Positions 60,761 through 64,000 of a stretch of DNA of 64,000 nt are shown here, one piece after another. The DNA comes from Eledone cirrhosa (lineage: Eukaryota): NCBI GenBank assembly GCA_964016885.1, contig OZ024754.1, positions 43,586,001 to 43,650,000 of the forward strand. Direction: 5' to 3'. Numbering within the stretch: the first letter of the stretch is position 1; each line of letters opens with the position of its first letter. The notes under the pieces were generated by a model. That model saw only the letters and a list, made by a program, of their open reading frames with translations. It was not told the origin of the DNA and made no database searches. Made by a program: the position numbers and the translations under genes.

Positions 60761-60851
<91 letters not shown>

Positions 60852-60996
60852 GTGGATGGATACTTCAACAGGTACAATGTACTTGTAGAAATATTCAAGT
60901 TGTTTATAACACATGTGGTTCTATGGCACTAATTCGAGATACCAGAACAATATAAAAGTAGCGAAGCAAACGGTTATTAAACAATTTTCTAAATAA

Positions 60997-61063
60997 ATTA
61001 AAAAATGATTAAATAATCACCTGTTCAGACGCTGAACAGGTGATTATTTAATCATTTTTTAAT
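60997..61063. repeat. Perfect 32-bp inverted repeat with 3-nt loop
   Basis: attaaaaaatgattaaataatcacctgttcag-acg-ctgaacaggtgattatttaatcattttttaat. Confidence 0.95.
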
Positions 61064-61067
61064 ATAC

Positions 61068-61110
<43 letters not shown>

Positions 61111-61386
61111 TACATATATACGTCTATATATATATATATATATATATACATATATACGTCTATATATATATATATAATATATATATATATACGTCTATAT
61201 ATATATACATATATACGTCTATATATATATATAATATATATATATATATACGTCTATATATATATACATATATACGTCTATATATATATATATATATATA
61301 TATACGTCTATATATATATACATATATACGTCTATATATATATATATAATATATATATATATACGTCTATATATATATATATATAC

Positions 61387-61452
<66 letters not shown>

Positions 61453-62055
61453 GTCTATATATATATATATATATATACGTCTATATATATATATATATAT
61501 ATATATACGTCTAAAATACGTACCGAGCAACGCAGGCATCACAACACAATGACTCGATATATATTTAAATATTTAATAAAACTAGAATTTATATTTTTAT
61601 AAATATAAATACTAGTATGAACTGCACTAAGTTACACATTAAATTGAATTAAAGAAACTAGAAATTGACAGACAACAGAAACATTTCGTAGAGTTACTTA
61701 GAGTACTTCGTGTAAATTAGTTTAAATATGATCTAGATACGATATAGACGAATATCCTGTTCCATCAGAGATAATTATATCGAAGTAATTTACACATTGG
61801 CTTGTAAGTGCCACATATTTCATATGGTGGGTTTAGGGTTGGGCTTGAACGGAGGGTGTAACAGCACGTGTCTTGTTGTGCTTGTATAAAGTTTCTAGAC
61901 TGGAAAGTTGACGATATGATTTATATTATTATTATTATTATTATTAAAAATAAAGCAAACAGTTGCTGAAACGACACAGGGAATTATGTAGACCAGACTG
62001 TGTGTGTTAATTAATTTAGAATACTGAAACTGTGTGTGTGTTTTACACACACAAG

Positions 62056-62110
<55 letters not shown>

Positions 62111-62767
62111 ATGTATGTATAAGTGTGTGTGTGTGCATAATTACATAAGCATAACTGTTAACTTCCCTACCATAAGAGCAAACAAAGTGACAGCAAACCA
62201 ATATTGTCCACGCACTTAATTAAATATTATTAAATATTGTCCATAAACTTAAACACAACTTGATCTCGCAGATACAAATCACACAAGAGAGAGTGAAACT
62301 AATCACCTCCTTCAGATCTATAACATATAACTCCTATCAACAACCAAACATATATTAATTACAGGTACGGGGCTGAGAGACGTCATCAGGCTGATGTTAG
62401 ATTACGTGGTTTCTTGATATTTCTGCAGCGACCAATACCCCGTTATGTATTTAGTATTGTATCAACACAGACCCAGAACGACCACTAAACATTAAACGAC
62501 TCTACACCATCAACAAATAAGAACCGAGTACACACGATATTGTACCCACTCAACCATTTTAACAACAAATATAATACTAACCTAGCCATAGTAATTCTTA
62601 CTGAACTAAATTACTAGCTTAAAGCTAAATATCTATATCGACTAAATCGAAACTTCGCAATCAATCCAATCACTTCCGAAATTCAACATCCTTGAAACAG
62701 ATGCACCGGAATGTGTCCTTCCTGTATTTCTAAGGGGCTCCTATATAATTAGCTACTGTTTCTAGTA

Positions 62768-63170
62768 ATAATTGTTTCTACTTTTGGCACAAGGCCAGCA
62801 ATTACCCCAGTGTATTACTGGTACTTTATTTTATCGACCCCGTAAGGATGAAAGGCAAAGTTAACCTCGGTTGGATTTGAACTCAGAATGGCAAGGGCCG
62901 TAACTCTATGCGTCAAAGCATGGCGTCCGCCCCTCTACCGATACTGCCAATCCACCGCCCTTTTTCTAGTAATAATGATTTCTGCTATAGACACAATGCC
63001 AGCAATTTGAAGGGGAAAGTCGAGTAAATAGACCCCAGTGCATTGCTGGTACTTTATTTTATCGACCCCGTAAAGGATGACAAGCAAAGCTCACCTGGGC
63101 CGGATTTGAACCCAGAACGTAAAGGGACGTAACTCTGTGTTGCAAAGCATGTTGTCCGACGCTCTACCGA
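62768..63170 (-). mobile_element. Two tandem SINE family 1 copies
   Basis: Family consensus match, twice. Confidence 0.8.
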
Positions 63171-63331
63171 TGATATATATCTATTTCATCTTCTAAATCC
63201 AATATTTATAAGAAACGTTGAATGAAATATTGAATCCTTGATGGCAGGACTACTAAAGTGCTGAAGTACTCAATTTACCAATAAGTGTGGTTTTACTATA
63301 ATGGACCCTTACATTATGTTTATGTATAAGA

Positions 63332-63373
<42 letters not shown>

Positions 63374-63377
<4 letters not shown>

Positions 63378-63515
63378 GAAGGAAGTGTGGTAAGGAACCA
63401 GATGGACCATAACGTACCAGAGTACTCAATACTTAGGGTGGTAGAGTGGGTAATAGGAAAATGTCCAAGACCCCGACGGCAGAGCTCAAGCCGTTTCGAC
63501 GGATATTTCTGGACT
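63374..63515 (-). mobile_element. Family B solo arm in (TA)n
   Basis: Homologous long arm ending at ...tctggact. Confidence 0.8.
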
Positions 63516-63617
63516 ATATATATATATATATTTGTTTGTGTGTGTGTGTGTATGTGCATATAAATACATTAGATATATATATATATATATATATTTATTT
63601 ATTTGTGTGTTTGTGTA

Positions 63618-63684
<67 letters not shown>

Positions 63685-63745
63685 TTGTATGTTTGTGTGT
63701 GTACATATATATATATAAATATATATATAAATTTGCATGTTTGTG

Positions 63746-63806
<61 letters not shown>

Positions 63807-64000
63807 ATATTTATATGTTTGAGTGTGTAAATAAAAAAGTAAGACATATTAGAGAGGTTATATTTGAAGGTCTCAAGTTCCACCTTTATCTAATTAACTG
63901 ATATTCAATCACAATACTTTATTTAACCCCATCTTATACGGTTAATTATCGATCTATTTACTATATGTATATATTTACCTTAGATCGTGTTTAGTCATTG

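Overview
Eukaryotic, AT-rich, microsatellite-saturated genomic DNA. The SINE families and (TA)n/(CA)n density suggest a cephalopod such as Octopus (inference). Nearly all ORFs in the supplied track are microsatellite artefacts. Real content: (1) a phase-consistent 5-exon minus-strand gene (28625->9992, ~269 aa, not identified); (2) many copies of two tRNA-derived SINE families, a hAT MITE with an 8-bp TSD, and several minisatellites; (3) most notably, about ten unrelated short elements, mostly embedded in (TA)n tracts, carrying type I hammerhead-ribozyme cores (CUGANGA...GAAA...UH, often with a palindromic stem III). Several are built as asymmetric fold-backs. They look like Penelope-like pLTR remnants or non-autonomous retrozymes. 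One (20639-21066) appears to be a nearly complete, circularly permuted ~440-nt monomer with an intact ribozyme and an octamer motif.
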